From the NCBI GenBank assembly GCA_965203775.1, contig OZ241913.1, positions 2,832,015-2,896,014 of the forward strand: a stretch of DNA of 64,000 bases, given 5' to 3'. The notes beneath the pieces are model-generated. The model was given only the letters and a program-made list of their open reading frames with translations. It ran no database searches and was not told where the DNA came from. Every line of letters starts with the position of its first letter. Position 1 is the stretch's first letter. This stretch comes from Dehalococcoidia bacterium (GTDB taxonomy: Bacteria > Chloroflexota > Dehalococcoidia > Bin125). Shown piece after piece: positions 33,689 to 44,787 of the stretch. The position numbers and the translations under genes are program-made.

Positions 33689-36600
33689 GTGAAGCTGATC
33701 CACACCGTTCTCGGGGGGGGGGGGGATACCGCCCGCCTGCTCGCGCTGGCTTCGCTGCTGGCGCTGCTCGCCGCGGCGCTGCTGCCGCTCGCGCCCGCCG
33801 CCGCCGACGGGCACCCCGACAGCCTCGGGCTGGAACTGGCGCTCAGCCTCGACGACGACTCCGACAACATCGTCCAGGCCGGCAGCGAAATTACGGTCAA
33901 GGCCGAGCTGCGCTTTCCCTGGCAACGCGCCACCGCGCCGCCCGCCGAGCTGCCCAGCTACACCGCCTATTCGCTCGATGTGCCGGCCGCCTCCGTGGCC
34001 GCTTCCAATCTGCGCATCAGCGGCAATCTGGAGTGGGACAGCGCCGGCCGCCGCCGGTTCGACATCCCCGCCCACTCGCCGCTGAACTCCGACCTGCCCT
34101 GGCCGCCCGTCACCAACCAACTCATGATCAAGGGGCTCGACGGGCGCACCCTCATCGCACGCGACAACCGCACCAGGATCCACATCTACGACTCCTACAC
34201 GCTCGAGTACAAGACGACGCTCGCCCCGCCGCCCGGCGCGGACACCCACCACAACAGCGGCTTCGGCGCTTCCGTCGCCTACAACTCCCGCAGCTTCGGC
34301 GCATGGTTCGGCAAGGCGATCGCCGTCTGGCACGAAACCGAGGACCGCGCCTGGCTGTTCGTCGGCTCCTGGGGCGACACCGTGGAATCGCACGGCGGGA
34401 TGGGCCGGCTTTACATCTACCGGCTGGACTGGGACGGTGACAGCGTGACGGCGACGCAGGAAGCCGCCCTGGCGCCGACGCTGGCCGAGGCCAATAACCG
34501 CCACGGCACCGCCGTCGCCCACTACGGCGCAGCCGTCGATCTCTCGCGCGACGGCGGCACGCTGGCGGTCAGCGCCACCCGAATGAACGTGATGGGCGCG
34601 GTCTACGTCTACACCCGTCCCGACGGCGCGGGCGAAGACTGGGGCGACATCACCTACGCCGACGGGGTCAAGGTGACCGTCGGCGCGGTGCCGTCCTTTG
34701 GCACCACCCAGTCGAACATGCCGTTCCTGCCCAACACGGCCTACAGCGCGAGCAACCCGCGCTCCTGCGGCGACTGGTGCGCGATGGTCTGGTCCAGCGT
34801 GGCGACGAGCGGCTACGACGGCGTCGACCTCGGCGCGCAGCGGGTGTCGCTCTCGGCCGACGGGAGCGTGCTGCTGGTCGGCGCGGGCGAAAAGGAGCAC
34901 CCGGTAACCAGGCCGTACTCCAGCGGCAACCGGAAGGACAACGCGGGCGAGGCGTTCGTCTGGGTCGCGCCCGAGGGCGGCTGGGCGAACGCGCCGCGGG
35001 CGGACCTTGACGCCAACGGCAACGCCAAGACGCTGATCGCGGCCAAGACCGACGCGACCGCCTTCCGCCGCGCGACGCACTACTCGCCCGGCCCGCTGCG
35101 CCGGGTGACCGAGCCCGCCGCCGTGCTGGTCGCCGCCGACTGGCCCAACCCGGGCAACGGCTACTTCGGCCTCGACGCCGTGATCTCGCCCGACGGCTCC
35201 ACCGCCGTTGTGGCGGGCGATCTCGTTCACGTCTTCCAGCGCGACTCGGCGAGCGATTGGGCCAGCGCCAACGGCGGCTACCGCGGCTACCTGGCGCCCA
35301 GCGCCACGCTCGGCAACACCGGGGAGGCGGCTTCCGCGACGATGCAGTTCAGCTTCGACGGGAGCGAGCTGGCGATCGGCCTGGTCGCGCATTCGAGTCC
35401 GTCATGGAGAGTCGGTGCGATCCGGGTCTTCTCCCGGCCGGAAGACGGGACCTGGGCCAGCACCAGCGCATCGAGGCTGTTGCAGGAGCGGGATGGCGTG
35501 AGGAGCGGCAGCGCGAGGTACGGCAATGTCGTCCCGGAGCTCACCGGCCGGCGCGTGGCGATCGGCACTCAAGCGGCGGGGCGCAACTATCTGAACACGC
35601 TGACCGCGCGCCGCTGCACGCTGCGCACGCTCGACGGCATCACCACCGCCACTTGCCCGATCTATTTGCCCAACTCCACGATCATCATCCCCGAGGGCAC
35701 GCCCGACGGGCCCGTCAGCATTCAGGCAACCGTCGCCCTGCGGCTGGCCGCGACCACCCGGGAGATGCCGACGACCGTGACGCTGAGCGACACGCTGGAG
35801 TTGACGGTCGGCGAGGTCGATGAGTTGACCGAGGTGGAGTTTGATTTCGCCACGGACACGCGGGGCGACAGCGATTCATCGAATGATCGTCCCTATCCGG
35901 GCGCGATCGCGGCGGGGGAGAGCACGACGCTGCTGCTGAAGCTGCTGAACGAGAACGGCAAGGCGGCGGCGAAGGGCGCGGCGGCGTCGGTGCTGTTCAC
36001 CACCAGTTTGGGCAAGCTGAGCGCGAAGCTGGGCGGCGCCGACGCGGAGGCCTGCACCGCAGGCGGCGGGCAGACCTGCCGCATCGCCACCCCGGCGACG
36101 GCGCTGACGGCGAGCAATTCGGATCAGATTCGGCTGACGGTGGAGCATCCGGGGGCGGGCCGGAGCGGCGCGGTGCTGGTGCGGGCGAATGTGCTCGCGA
36201 GCGACGGGGAGAGTTTCGCGGCGGAGCCGATTCGGCTGATTTTCAGCGGTTCGGCCAGCGCGATCGCGCTCTCCGCGCCGACCCGCGGGGTGCTCAGCCA
36301 CGACACCTGCGACGCGCCGGCGTCGGACGGCCCGGACGGCTGCAAGGTGGCGGGCGATCGGGATGATCGCGATGTGCTCACGCTGGAGGTCACGGCGACG
36401 GACGCGGCGGGCAACAAGGTGGCGGTGCCGAGCAGCGGCTACGGGGCGACGAAGATCACGGGGCCGGACGGCAAGCGTGTGCCCGACAGCGCGATCGCGG
36501 TGACCTGGCCGCTGCGCAAGGACGGCGACGACGCCGGCGCGGAGATCGGCAATAACGATCCGCTGGACACCAGTCTCGGCGGGGCGCCGCAGGCGCAGCT

Positions 36601-37249
36601 CAACGTCAACGCCGCGCAGTCCGCGCAGCTGCCGGCGGGCGAATACACGCTCGAGTTGGGCGTGGGCGCGTTGAAGGCGAGCCAGACGTTCAGCGTGAGC
36701 GGCGCGCCGGCCAGCGTGACGCTGATCACGACGCTGGCCGAGCTGTCGGTGCGGGACTCGTTCACGGTGCGCGCGCGGATTCTCGACGCGGGCGGGGCGG
36801 CGGTGCCGGACGGCACGCCGGTCAGCTGGAGCGCGACGCCGATCGGCGCGGCGTCGACGCTGGTCGAGACGGCCAGCGAGCGTCGGACGACGGGCGGGCA
36901 TGCGGAGGCGAGCTATCTGGTGGTGGCGCCGGGCCGCACTTCGCTGCGGGTCGCCGCGGGGGCGGCGGCGGAGCTGGCGCTGATCGAGGTGGCCGGCCCG
37001 CCCGCGCCGCCGATCCGCCTGGCGGATTTGCTGGCCAGCCCCAACCCGCTGGGCAGCAACATCTGGTTCGGCGACTTCTTCATCCGCGCCTCCGCGCTGC
37101 TGCGCGAGCTGCCCGACGCGGACGTGGTCCACGTCTGGCAGGGCAACCGCTGGTACCGCTACAGCGAGGTGGAGGGCGAGCAGGGCGAGGAGTCGATCGA
37201 TTTCACGATTCCGCCGAACGCCATCCTCTGGTTCGGGGATGATGATTAA
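33689..37249 (+). CDS. giant secreted protein: FG-GAP/beta-propeller-like N-terminal repeats + Ig-like (Big) domains + shared C-terminal domain, 1186 aa
   Basis: GTG start and signal peptide (LLALASLLALLAAALLPLAPAAADG). FG-GAP-like segments (LSRDGGTLAVSAT...GAVYVYTRPDG; LSADGSVLLVGAGE; ISPDGSTAVVAGDLVHVF). Big-like repeats (LTVEHPGAGRSGAVLVRANVLASDGESFAAEPIRL). The C-terminus aligns with 26629..29955 and 62370... Confidence 0.75.
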   Translation: MKLIHTVLGGGGDTARLLALASLLALLAAALLPLAPAAADGHPDSLGLELALSLDDDSDNIVQAGSEITVKAELRFPWQRATAPPAELPSYTAYSLDVPAASVAASNLRISGNLEWDSAGRRRFDIPAHSPLNSDLPWPPVTNQLMIKGLDGRTLIARDNRTRIHIYDSYTLEYKTTLAPPPGADTHHNSGFGASVAYNSRSFGAWFGKAIAVWHETEDRAWLFVGSWGDTVESHGGMGRLYIYRLDWDGDSVTATQEAALAPTLAEANNRHGTAVAHYGAAVDLSRDGGTLAVSATRMNVMGAVYVYTRPDGAGEDWGDITYADGVKVTVGAVPSFGTTQSNMPFLPNTAYSASNPRSCGDWCAMVWSSVATSGYDGVDLGAQRVSLSADGSVLLVGAGEKEHPVTRPYSSGNRKDNAGEAFVWVAPEGGWANAPRADLDANGNAKTLIAAKTDATAFRRATHYSPGPLRRVTEPAAVLVAADWPNPGNGYFGLDAVISPDGSTAVVAGDLVHVFQRDSASDWASANGGYRGYLAPSATLGNTGEAASATMQFSFDGSELAIGLVAHSSPSWRVGAIRVFSRPEDGTWASTSASRLLQERDGVRSGSARYGNVVPELTGRRVAIGTQAAGRNYLNTLTARRCTLRTLDGITTATCPIYLPNSTIIIPEGTPDGPVSIQATVALRLAATTREMPTTVTLSDTLELTVGEVDELTEVEFDFATDTRGDSDSSNDRPYPGAIAAGESTTLLLKLLNENGKAAAKGAAASVLFTTSLGKLSAKLGGADAEACTAGGGQTCRIATPATALTASNSDQIRLTVEHPGAGRSGAVLVRANVLASDGESFAAEPIRLIFSGSASAIALSAPTRGVLSHDTCDAPASDGPDGCKVAGDRDDRDVLTLEVTATDAAGNKVAVPSSGYGATKITGPDGKRVPDSAIAVTWPLRKDGDDAGAEIGNNDPLDTSLGGAPQAQLNVNAAQSAQLPAGEYTLELGVGALKASQTFSVSGAPASVTLITTLAELSVRDSFTVRARILDAGGAAVPDGTPVSWSATPIGAASTLVETASERRTTGGHAEASYLVVAPGRTSLRVAAGAAAELALIEVAGPPAPPIRLADLLASPNPLGSNIWFGDFFIRASALLRELPDADVVHVWQGNRWYRYSEVEGEQGEESIDFTIPPNAILWFGDDD

Positions 37250-37254
37250 GGGGG

Positions 37255-38005
37255 GGTCATTCCTGCGCCTCTCTCCGTCATTCCTGCGTAGGCAGGAACC
37301 CCCCGATCGCCCCCGCACCCGTCATTCCTGCCTACGCAGGAATGACGGGCGATTTCCCCAATTCATCCCTCCCCCCTTTTAGGGGGAGGTTAGGTGGGGG
37401 GTGGGAGGCCGCGAGCGAGCGCCGGCCGCCCGTTCGCGCCGCGCTCGCTTCCCCCCGTTCCGTACATTCCTGCCCCTTCTCCCCGTCATTCCTGCGCAGG
37501 CAGGAACCCGCGCGACCCCACCGTCGTACTCCTCCCCCCTCCGTCATTCTGCGCCCCTCCCCCGTTCCGTACATTCCTGCCCCCCTCTCCGTCATTCCTG
37601 TGTAGGCAGGAACGCGCGGTGGGTGCGGCCTCGTCCTGCGGTGGGCGTTCGGCGGGCCGCCGCGGGATGTGCGGCGCATACGGGCGCTAGCGGCCGCCCC
37701 CCATTCCTGCCTACGCAGGAATGACGGAATAGGCGATCGGGGTACAGAAGAGCGGCCGGCAAACGCTCGCACCTCCCACCCCCCACCTAACCTCCCCCCT
37801 TTTAGGGGGGAGGGATGAATTGGAGAAGTCAACCGTCATTCCTGCGTAGGCAAGGAGCCAGGGGAGGGGTCGCGCGGTTCCTGCCTGCGCAGGAATGACG
37901 GTGGGGTCGCGCAGGTTCCTGCCTGCGCAGGAATGACGGTGGGATCGCGCAGGTTCCTGCCTGCGCAGGAATGACGGGAGTCTGGACACGCCCTAGCCGG
38001 GGGAG
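37255..38005. repeat. intergenic repeat island (includes MITE-1 copy b at 37589..37727)
   Basis: Family-B hairpins at ~37370 and ~37790; family-A units; a MITE-1 with a TIR variant (cctgtgtaggcaggaac). Confidence 0.8.
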
Positions 38006-38009
38006 GCCA

Positions 38010-38507
38010 TCACTGCGCCTCCCGTGCGCGACGCGCGGCGCGGCGGTAACGCTGGCTGTCGGGCGGAGCCAGGTCCAGCGGCAAGGTGCGATGGGCCTCA
38101 TCGAGCATCGCGCACAGAGCTTGAACATTCGGCATCTGACGACGGATCCTTGCCGGCCTCAGAAGGTCGTCGTAGAAATTCACGTGCAGCCGTTCGGCGG
38201 CGGCGAACCTGACGCTGAGCTCGGGCGGGTCGGGCTCAAGCGCCTCGTCGATGCGATCCACCAGCTCGCCCGCGACGCCGTGCTCGCAGTAGTACCACTC
38301 GCGGGCGTGGGCGAAGACTTTGAGCCGGCGCGTCACCGCGCCCCACAGCTTCTCGCACACTTGAGCGCGGAGTTCGCCGTCGATCTCCGCGTCCGAGCGG
38401 GCGAGGATTGCGGCGGCTGCCGCCAGCAGGGCGTCGCTGGTGCGGAGGTGCGGCTCGAGGGGCGGCTCTGGGGGGAGGTAGGGGATTGGCTGGGGGCTGG
38501 CCATCAC
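38010..38507 (-). CDS. fifth member of the paralog-array family (165 aa), stand-alone copy
   Basis: MMASPQPIPYLPPEPPLEPHLRTSDALLAAAAAILARSDAEIDGELRAQVCEKLWGAVTRRLKVFAHAREWYYCEHGVAGELV.... Flanked on both sides by repeat islands. Confidence 0.65.
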   Translation of the reverse strand: MMASPQPIPYLPPEPPLEPHLRTSDALLAAAAAILARSDAEIDGELRAQVCEKLWGAVTRRLKVFAHAREWYYCEHGVAGELVDRIDEALEPDPPELSVRFAAAERLHVNFYDDLLRPARIRRQMPNVQALCAMLDEAHRTLPLDLAPPDSQRYRRAARRAREAQ

Positions 38508-38529
38508 ATCGCCTCCTGTGTATGGCGCA

Positions 38530-39545
38530 TGGGCAGCGTATCACCGCCTGGGGGGCTGTTCGTCGCTTCTGCGCCCCTCTCCGTCATTCCTGCGCAGGCA
38601 GGAATGACGGGCGCCTTCCCCAATTCATCCCTCCCCCCTTTTAGGGGGGAGGTTAGGTGGGGGGTGGGAGGCTGCGAGCGAGCGCCGACCGCCCGTTCGC
38701 GCCGCGCGCTCAAAATCGTCATTCCTGCGCAGGCAGGAACCGCGCGACCCCACCGTCGTACCCCTCCCCCCACCGTCATTCCTGCGCCCTCTTTCCGTCA
38801 TTCCTGCGCAGGCAGGAACGCGCGGTGGGCGCGGCCTCGTCCTGCGATGGGCGTTCGGCGGGCCGCCGCGGGATGTGCGGCGCATACGGGCGCTAGCGGC
38901 CGCCCCCCATTCCTGCCTGCGCAGGAATGACGGAAAATGGCGCAGGAGTGACGGAGAGAGGGGGTAGGAGTGACGGGGAGAGAGGGGGTAGGAGTGACGG
39001 AAGAAGCAGGAGTGACGGGGAGAGAGGGGGTAGGAGTGACGGAATTGTGAAGCCCTTTGGGGGTTGGGGGAGTGGACACGATCGGTGCGCCCGCTCGGTA
39101 CGTCCCACCCCCCACCTAACCTCCCCCCTAAAAGGGGGGAGGGATGAATTGGGGAATTCAACCGTCATTCCTGCGTAGGCAGGAAGCCAGGTGTGTGCGC
39201 GCGCGGGTTCCTGCCTGCGCAGGAATGACGGAATTGCGAAGCCCTTGGGGGTCGGGGGAGTGGACACGATCGGTGCGCCCGCTCGGTACGTCCCACCCCC
39301 CACCTAGCCTCCCCCCTAAAAGCAGACCTTCGCGTAACCCCCAAATTCGGCGATGCAGGCCGATCGCCTCTATCTGGTCGGGTTGTCCACCACACAGCGA
39401 AATTCGGGGTTGCGCGAAAGTCTGCTAAAAGGGGGGAGGGATGAATTGGGGAAGTCGCCCGTCATTCCTGCGGAGGCAGGAAGCAGGGGTGTGAGTGCGC
39501 AGGTTCCTGCCTGCGCAGGAATGACGGAATAGGCGCGTGGATGCC
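38530..39545. repeat. intergenic repeat island (includes MITE-1 copy c at 38795..38933 and element X2 at 39322..39425)
   Basis: Family-B hairpins at ~38630, ~39110, ~39300 (interrupted) and ~39420. Tandem ggtaggagtgacgg units at 38960-39040. Confidence 0.8.
39322..39425. other. ~104-nt structured element X2, inserted in a family-B hairpin loop (candidate ncRNA or novel MITE)
   Basis: Closing stem gcagaccttcgcg/cgcgaaagtctgc (13 bp, different sequence from X1 but still complementary). Shares the core ccaaattcggcg...gccgatcgcctctatctggtcgg with X1. Flanked by ctaaaag duplicated. Confidence 0.5.
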
Positions 39546-39558
39546 GATGGTTGCGTGC

Positions 39559-39855
39559 TTAGCTGGCGTCTTGGACGCGCTTGCCGGAGTCTACCAGGTT
39601 GGCGAAGCGGGTGCGGCTGAGGGGGTCGTTGCGGGCGGCTTTTTCCCAGGCGGCGTCTACCATCTTGGCGTACTTGGGGTGCATCTCGCGCATTTTGGTC
39701 TTTTCGTCCTTGATGAAGGCGCTGCTCGCGATCAGGCGCTCGACCTGGGCGGTCTCGCCGCAGGACTCGCAGGGCGGGGCGTCGGCCCCGATTTTGCGCT
39801 GGAACTTCTCGAACTCCACGCCGCAGGCGCGGCAGGCGTATTCGTAGATCGGCAT
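39559..39855 (-). CDS. FmdB-family zinc-ribbon putative regulatory protein
   Basis: MPIYEYACRACGVEFEKFQ...PPCESCGE...: the YEYxCxxCG...CxxCG FmdB signature. Confidence 0.7.
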   Translation of the reverse strand: MPIYEYACRACGVEFEKFQRKIGADAPPCESCGETAQVERLIASSAFIKDEKTKMREMHPKYAKMVDAAWEKAARNDPLSRTRFANLVDSGKRVQDAS

Positions 39856-39954
39856 CGTCGGCCTCCATCCGCCACGCGCGCGTCGGGCATGCGCCGCGCG
39901 GCTGCTGCGATGGTACGCTCATTGGCGTTCCCGCGTGAACAGAGAGGTGCTGCG

Positions 39955-40860
39955 ATGGGCGGCTACGGGGTGCGGACGGTCTTCCTGATGGTGCTGATGG
40001 CGGGTCTGCTGATGGTGATCGGCTACGCCTTCGGCGGCACGACCTGGCTGATCATCTTCGGGGTGATCGCGATCGCGATGAACTTCTTCTCCTATTGGAA
40101 GTCGGATTCGATCATCCGCACGGCGATGGGGGCGCAGGAGGTGACGGCGCAGCAGCAGCCGATGCTGCACCGGATCGTGGAGCGCGCGGCGGTCGACGCC
40201 GAGTTGCCCAAGCCGAAGATCTACGTGGTCGACACGCCGGTGCCCAACGCTTTCGCGACGGGTCGCAGCCCGAAGCACGCGGCGGTGGCGGCCACGACGG
40301 GGATCATGAGCATCCTGACCGAGCGAGAGTTGGCCGGGGTGATGGCGCACGAGATGGCGCACGTGAAGAACCGCGACACGCTCTGGAGCACGATGGTGGC
40401 GATGATGGCCTCGGTCATCATGCTGGTCGCAATGCTGGCCAAGTGGTCGCTGATGCTGGCCTTTCTGTTCGGCGGGATGGGCGGCAACAACGAGCAGGGC
40501 GGCGGCGTGGGTCATCTGGCGGCGATGCTGGTGCTGGCGTTCGTCGCGCCGGTGATCGCGGGGATGATTCAGATGGCGGTGAGCCGTCAGCGGGAGTACG
40601 GGGCGGACGAGGCGGGGGCGCGCAACTCGCGCGATCCGCACGCGCTGGCGAGCGCGCTGACCAAGCTGCAGGCGGCCAGCCAGTCGCCGCAGGCGCGCCA
40701 CGCGGCGGAGGAGATGGCGACGGCGGAGGTGGCGAATCATCTGTTCATCGTCAATCCGCTGGCGGGCGGCGCGGGCAAGTGGTTCAGCAGTCACCCGCCG
40801 ACGAAGGATCGCGTGGAGCGGCTGCGCCAGTTGGGCCGCGAAATCGGGCAGATTTTCTAG
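39955..40860 (+). CDS. htpX: zinc metalloprotease HtpX (M48 family)
   Basis: HEMAHVKNRD (HExxH), two N-terminal TM helices, C-terminal ...FSSHPPTKDRVERL. RBS agagagg upstream of the ATG at 39955. Confidence 0.85.
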   Translation: MGGYGVRTVFLMVLMAGLLMVIGYAFGGTTWLIIFGVIAIAMNFFSYWKSDSIIRTAMGAQEVTAQQQPMLHRIVERAAVDAELPKPKIYVVDTPVPNAFATGRSPKHAAVAATTGIMSILTERELAGVMAHEMAHVKNRDTLWSTMVAMMASVIMLVAMLAKWSLMLAFLFGGMGGNNEQGGGVGHLAAMLVLAFVAPVIAGMIQMAVSRQREYGADEAGARNSRDPHALASALTKLQAASQSPQARHAAEEMATAEVANHLFIVNPLAGGAGKWFSSHPPTKDRVERLRQLGREIGQIF

Positions 40861-40875
40861 CGGGGCGACGCGGTC

Positions 40876-41559
40876 GTGCGCGCGCTGCCGCTGGCGGTTC
40901 TGATTCTGGGCGGGATCGTCGCGATCGGCGGCGGCGAGCGTATCGCCATCTTTCGCGCTTCAACGTTATTGCCCAACGCTGCTGTGCTCGGCGATGGGCG
41001 GATCGTACTCAACGACGGGCTGCTGCAAACGCTCAACGAAGCGGAGCTTGAGGCGGTGCTGCGGCATCTGCAAGAGCGGTCCGACGGGCGCAGCGGCGCG
41101 GCTGTCGCGGTGTTACTGTTACCGATCGTGTTCGCGGCTGCGCTGCTCAAATCTCTGCTAACAATTTTTGCCGCCTTCGCGCAATCCGAAGTGGAAGGCG
41201 GCTCCGTCGGCGAAGCGCAAAGCATCGGTCCGGTGAGCGCTGGCGTTATCGTCGGTCCGTTTGCGCGGCTCCTGCTCTGGTTCGGCGCGAGCCGTGGCTC
41301 AGTCTGGACGGCTGACGACGCTACAGCGCCACTCGCGCTACAGCGCGAGGCGCTGATCCGCGTGCTTGAGAAAGCCGACCGCGTATCGCGGCCGCCAATC
41401 GTGTTCCGAACCGCTCGGTACAGTCTGATCTCGTTGTTCTGGAATCACCTCTTCTTCTCCAGCCCACTCGATTACACCCCGCTCCAACGCTTCGCCCACC
41501 TCCCTACCAGTCGCGCCCGGCTTGCGCGGCTCGGCGATCCGCACAATCGCGCATCCTGA
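40876..41559 (+). CDS. hypothetical membrane protein (possibly degenerate M48-like; lacks HExxH)
   Basis: GTG start, N-terminal TM, lower GC (~60%). The weak similarity to protease-like segments is not convincing. Confidence 0.4.
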   Translation: MRALPLAVLILGGIVAIGGGERIAIFRASTLLPNAAVLGDGRIVLNDGLLQTLNEAELEAVLRHLQERSDGRSGAAVAVLLLPIVFAAALLKSLLTIFAAFAQSEVEGGSVGEAQSIGPVSAGVIVGPFARLLLWFGASRGSVWTADDATAPLALQREALIRVLEKADRVSRPPIVFRTARYSLISLFWNHLFFSSPLDYTPLQRFAHLPTSRARLARLGDPHNRAS

Positions 41560-41640
41560 CCCCGCTCTGCACACCAAGGATTCACAGCAGGCGCTAGCGT
41601 AGGGATGACGCGAACCCGTCAAGGGCTTTCAGGAGCGCAT

Positions 41641-42147
41641 ATGCCAAGCCACGACCTGGGCGACCTGCCGCGCAAGATGCTCCTCTATCTGGACGACGCT
41701 CGCTGGCGGCGGGACGACCAGATTGAGCGGATCGCCAGTCTCGACCGGAAGCTGGCGACGATGTTCGCGCTCAACGCAGCGGTGATCGCATTCTTCGCCG
41801 CGCTGCTGTCGTTCGCGATCGGGACAGAGCGCTACCCGTTGCCGGTCCTGGCGCTGCTTTCGGCCGCGCTTGCCGTCTTTCTCGTGAACATCGCGCTGTC
41901 ATCCCGTGCCTACCGCGTGTCCAAGTGGATTAGGTACCCCACTCCGCAGACGCTCAAGCGCTACACCCTGCTCTACAGCGAAGCCGGGATGATCCTTTGG
42001 GTCGCCGACGAGATCAACCGGCAGGTGGACCTCAACGAAGATCAGGTGCAGAGAAAGGCGCGGCTGGTGACCTGGTCGGTGGTGCTGTCCGTGCTGACCA
42101 TCGTGCTGGTCGTCGCAGCCGCCACTGCGGCCCTCTGGCTGCGCTGA
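41641..42147 (+). CDS. hypothetical membrane protein (3 TM)
   Basis: Start at MPSHDLGDLPRK. Hydrophobic segments LNAAVIAFFAALLSFAIG, LPVLALLSAALAVFLVNIAL, VVLSVLTIVLVVAAATAALWL. Confidence 0.5.
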   Translation: MPSHDLGDLPRKMLLYLDDARWRRDDQIERIASLDRKLATMFALNAAVIAFFAALLSFAIGTERYPLPVLALLSAALAVFLVNIALSSRAYRVSKWIRYPTPQTLKRYTLLYSEAGMILWVADEINRQVDLNEDQVQRKARLVTWSVVLSVLTIVLVVAAATAALWLR

Positions 42148-42148
42148 C

Positions 42149-42448
42149 TTAGTCCTCGACGTCAACGGGATCTTCGTCGAGCCGCCGCCAGTTCTTCGGA
42201 TCCGTCTCGCGGTGCGGGTAGCCGTCGGTCACGTAGTAGCCGGGCCCCGGCGGCGGGACCTCAATTTCGTCAAGCGGCGCTTGCTCGCGCGCGGGGCGGT
42301 CGTCCAGTTCTTGGGCTGTTCGGCGTTCAGGCATGATGCACTCCTGTTCTGAGTGTAGCACAGCTGCGAGCTTACGCATGCGACGCTGCCCCAGCCGCCG
42401 GGCAAGGTCGTCAGTCAACACGATCACCGGCTTCGGCGCAGCCATCAT
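42149..42448 (-). CDS. small hypothetical protein (possible RHH-like N-terminus)
   Basis: MMAAPKPVIVLTDDLARRLGQRRMRKLAA...: beta-strand then helix, reminiscent of ribbon-helix-helix. Weak. Confidence 0.3.
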   Translation of the reverse strand: MMAAPKPVIVLTDDLARRLGQRRMRKLAAVLHSEQECIMPERRTAQELDDRPAREQAPLDEIEVPPPGPGYYVTDGYPHRETDPKNWRRLDEDPVDVED

Positions 42449-42501
42449 CCGCTCCTGTCCCACTCCCTGCCGCCAGCGTAGCAACTCCGCCAGCCCCTCG
42501 T

Positions 42502-42702
42502 TCACCACGGTTTCGGCTTGATTCGCAGCAAGCGGTCGATCCACTTGGTGAACAGCACGCCTTCTTTGGTCCGCGGGAAGCCGCCGAGAATCTCCCAGCC
42601 GCCTTTGGCTGGCGGCGGCAGATCGGGGCGCTCTTCGGGACTCGGCCAGCCCGGCGGCGCGTCCTCACCACGCTCCGGCACGGCCTGCTCTTGTGCTGCC
42701 AT
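42502..42702 (-). CDS. small hypothetical protein (66 aa)
   Basis: ORF 50 bp downstream of the acyl-CoA synthetase gene with a non-repetitive peptide. Weak. Confidence 0.3.
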   Translation of the reverse strand: MAAQEQAVPERGEDAPPGWPSPEERPDLPPPAKGGWEILGGFPRTKEGVLFTKWIDRLLRIKPKPW

Positions 42703-42751
42703 CGTTCGCTCCTTGCCGCCAGAGTACCAACTCCGTCGCGCTGTTGCGGCC

Positions 42752-44707
<1,956 letters not shown>

Positions 44708-44787
44708 TAGCGTATGCGCAGGGTACCAGCAGCCGGGCGGCGCCCGGCACAGCAGCAGGGCGCAACGGCAAGGAACAGCAGCAGGGA

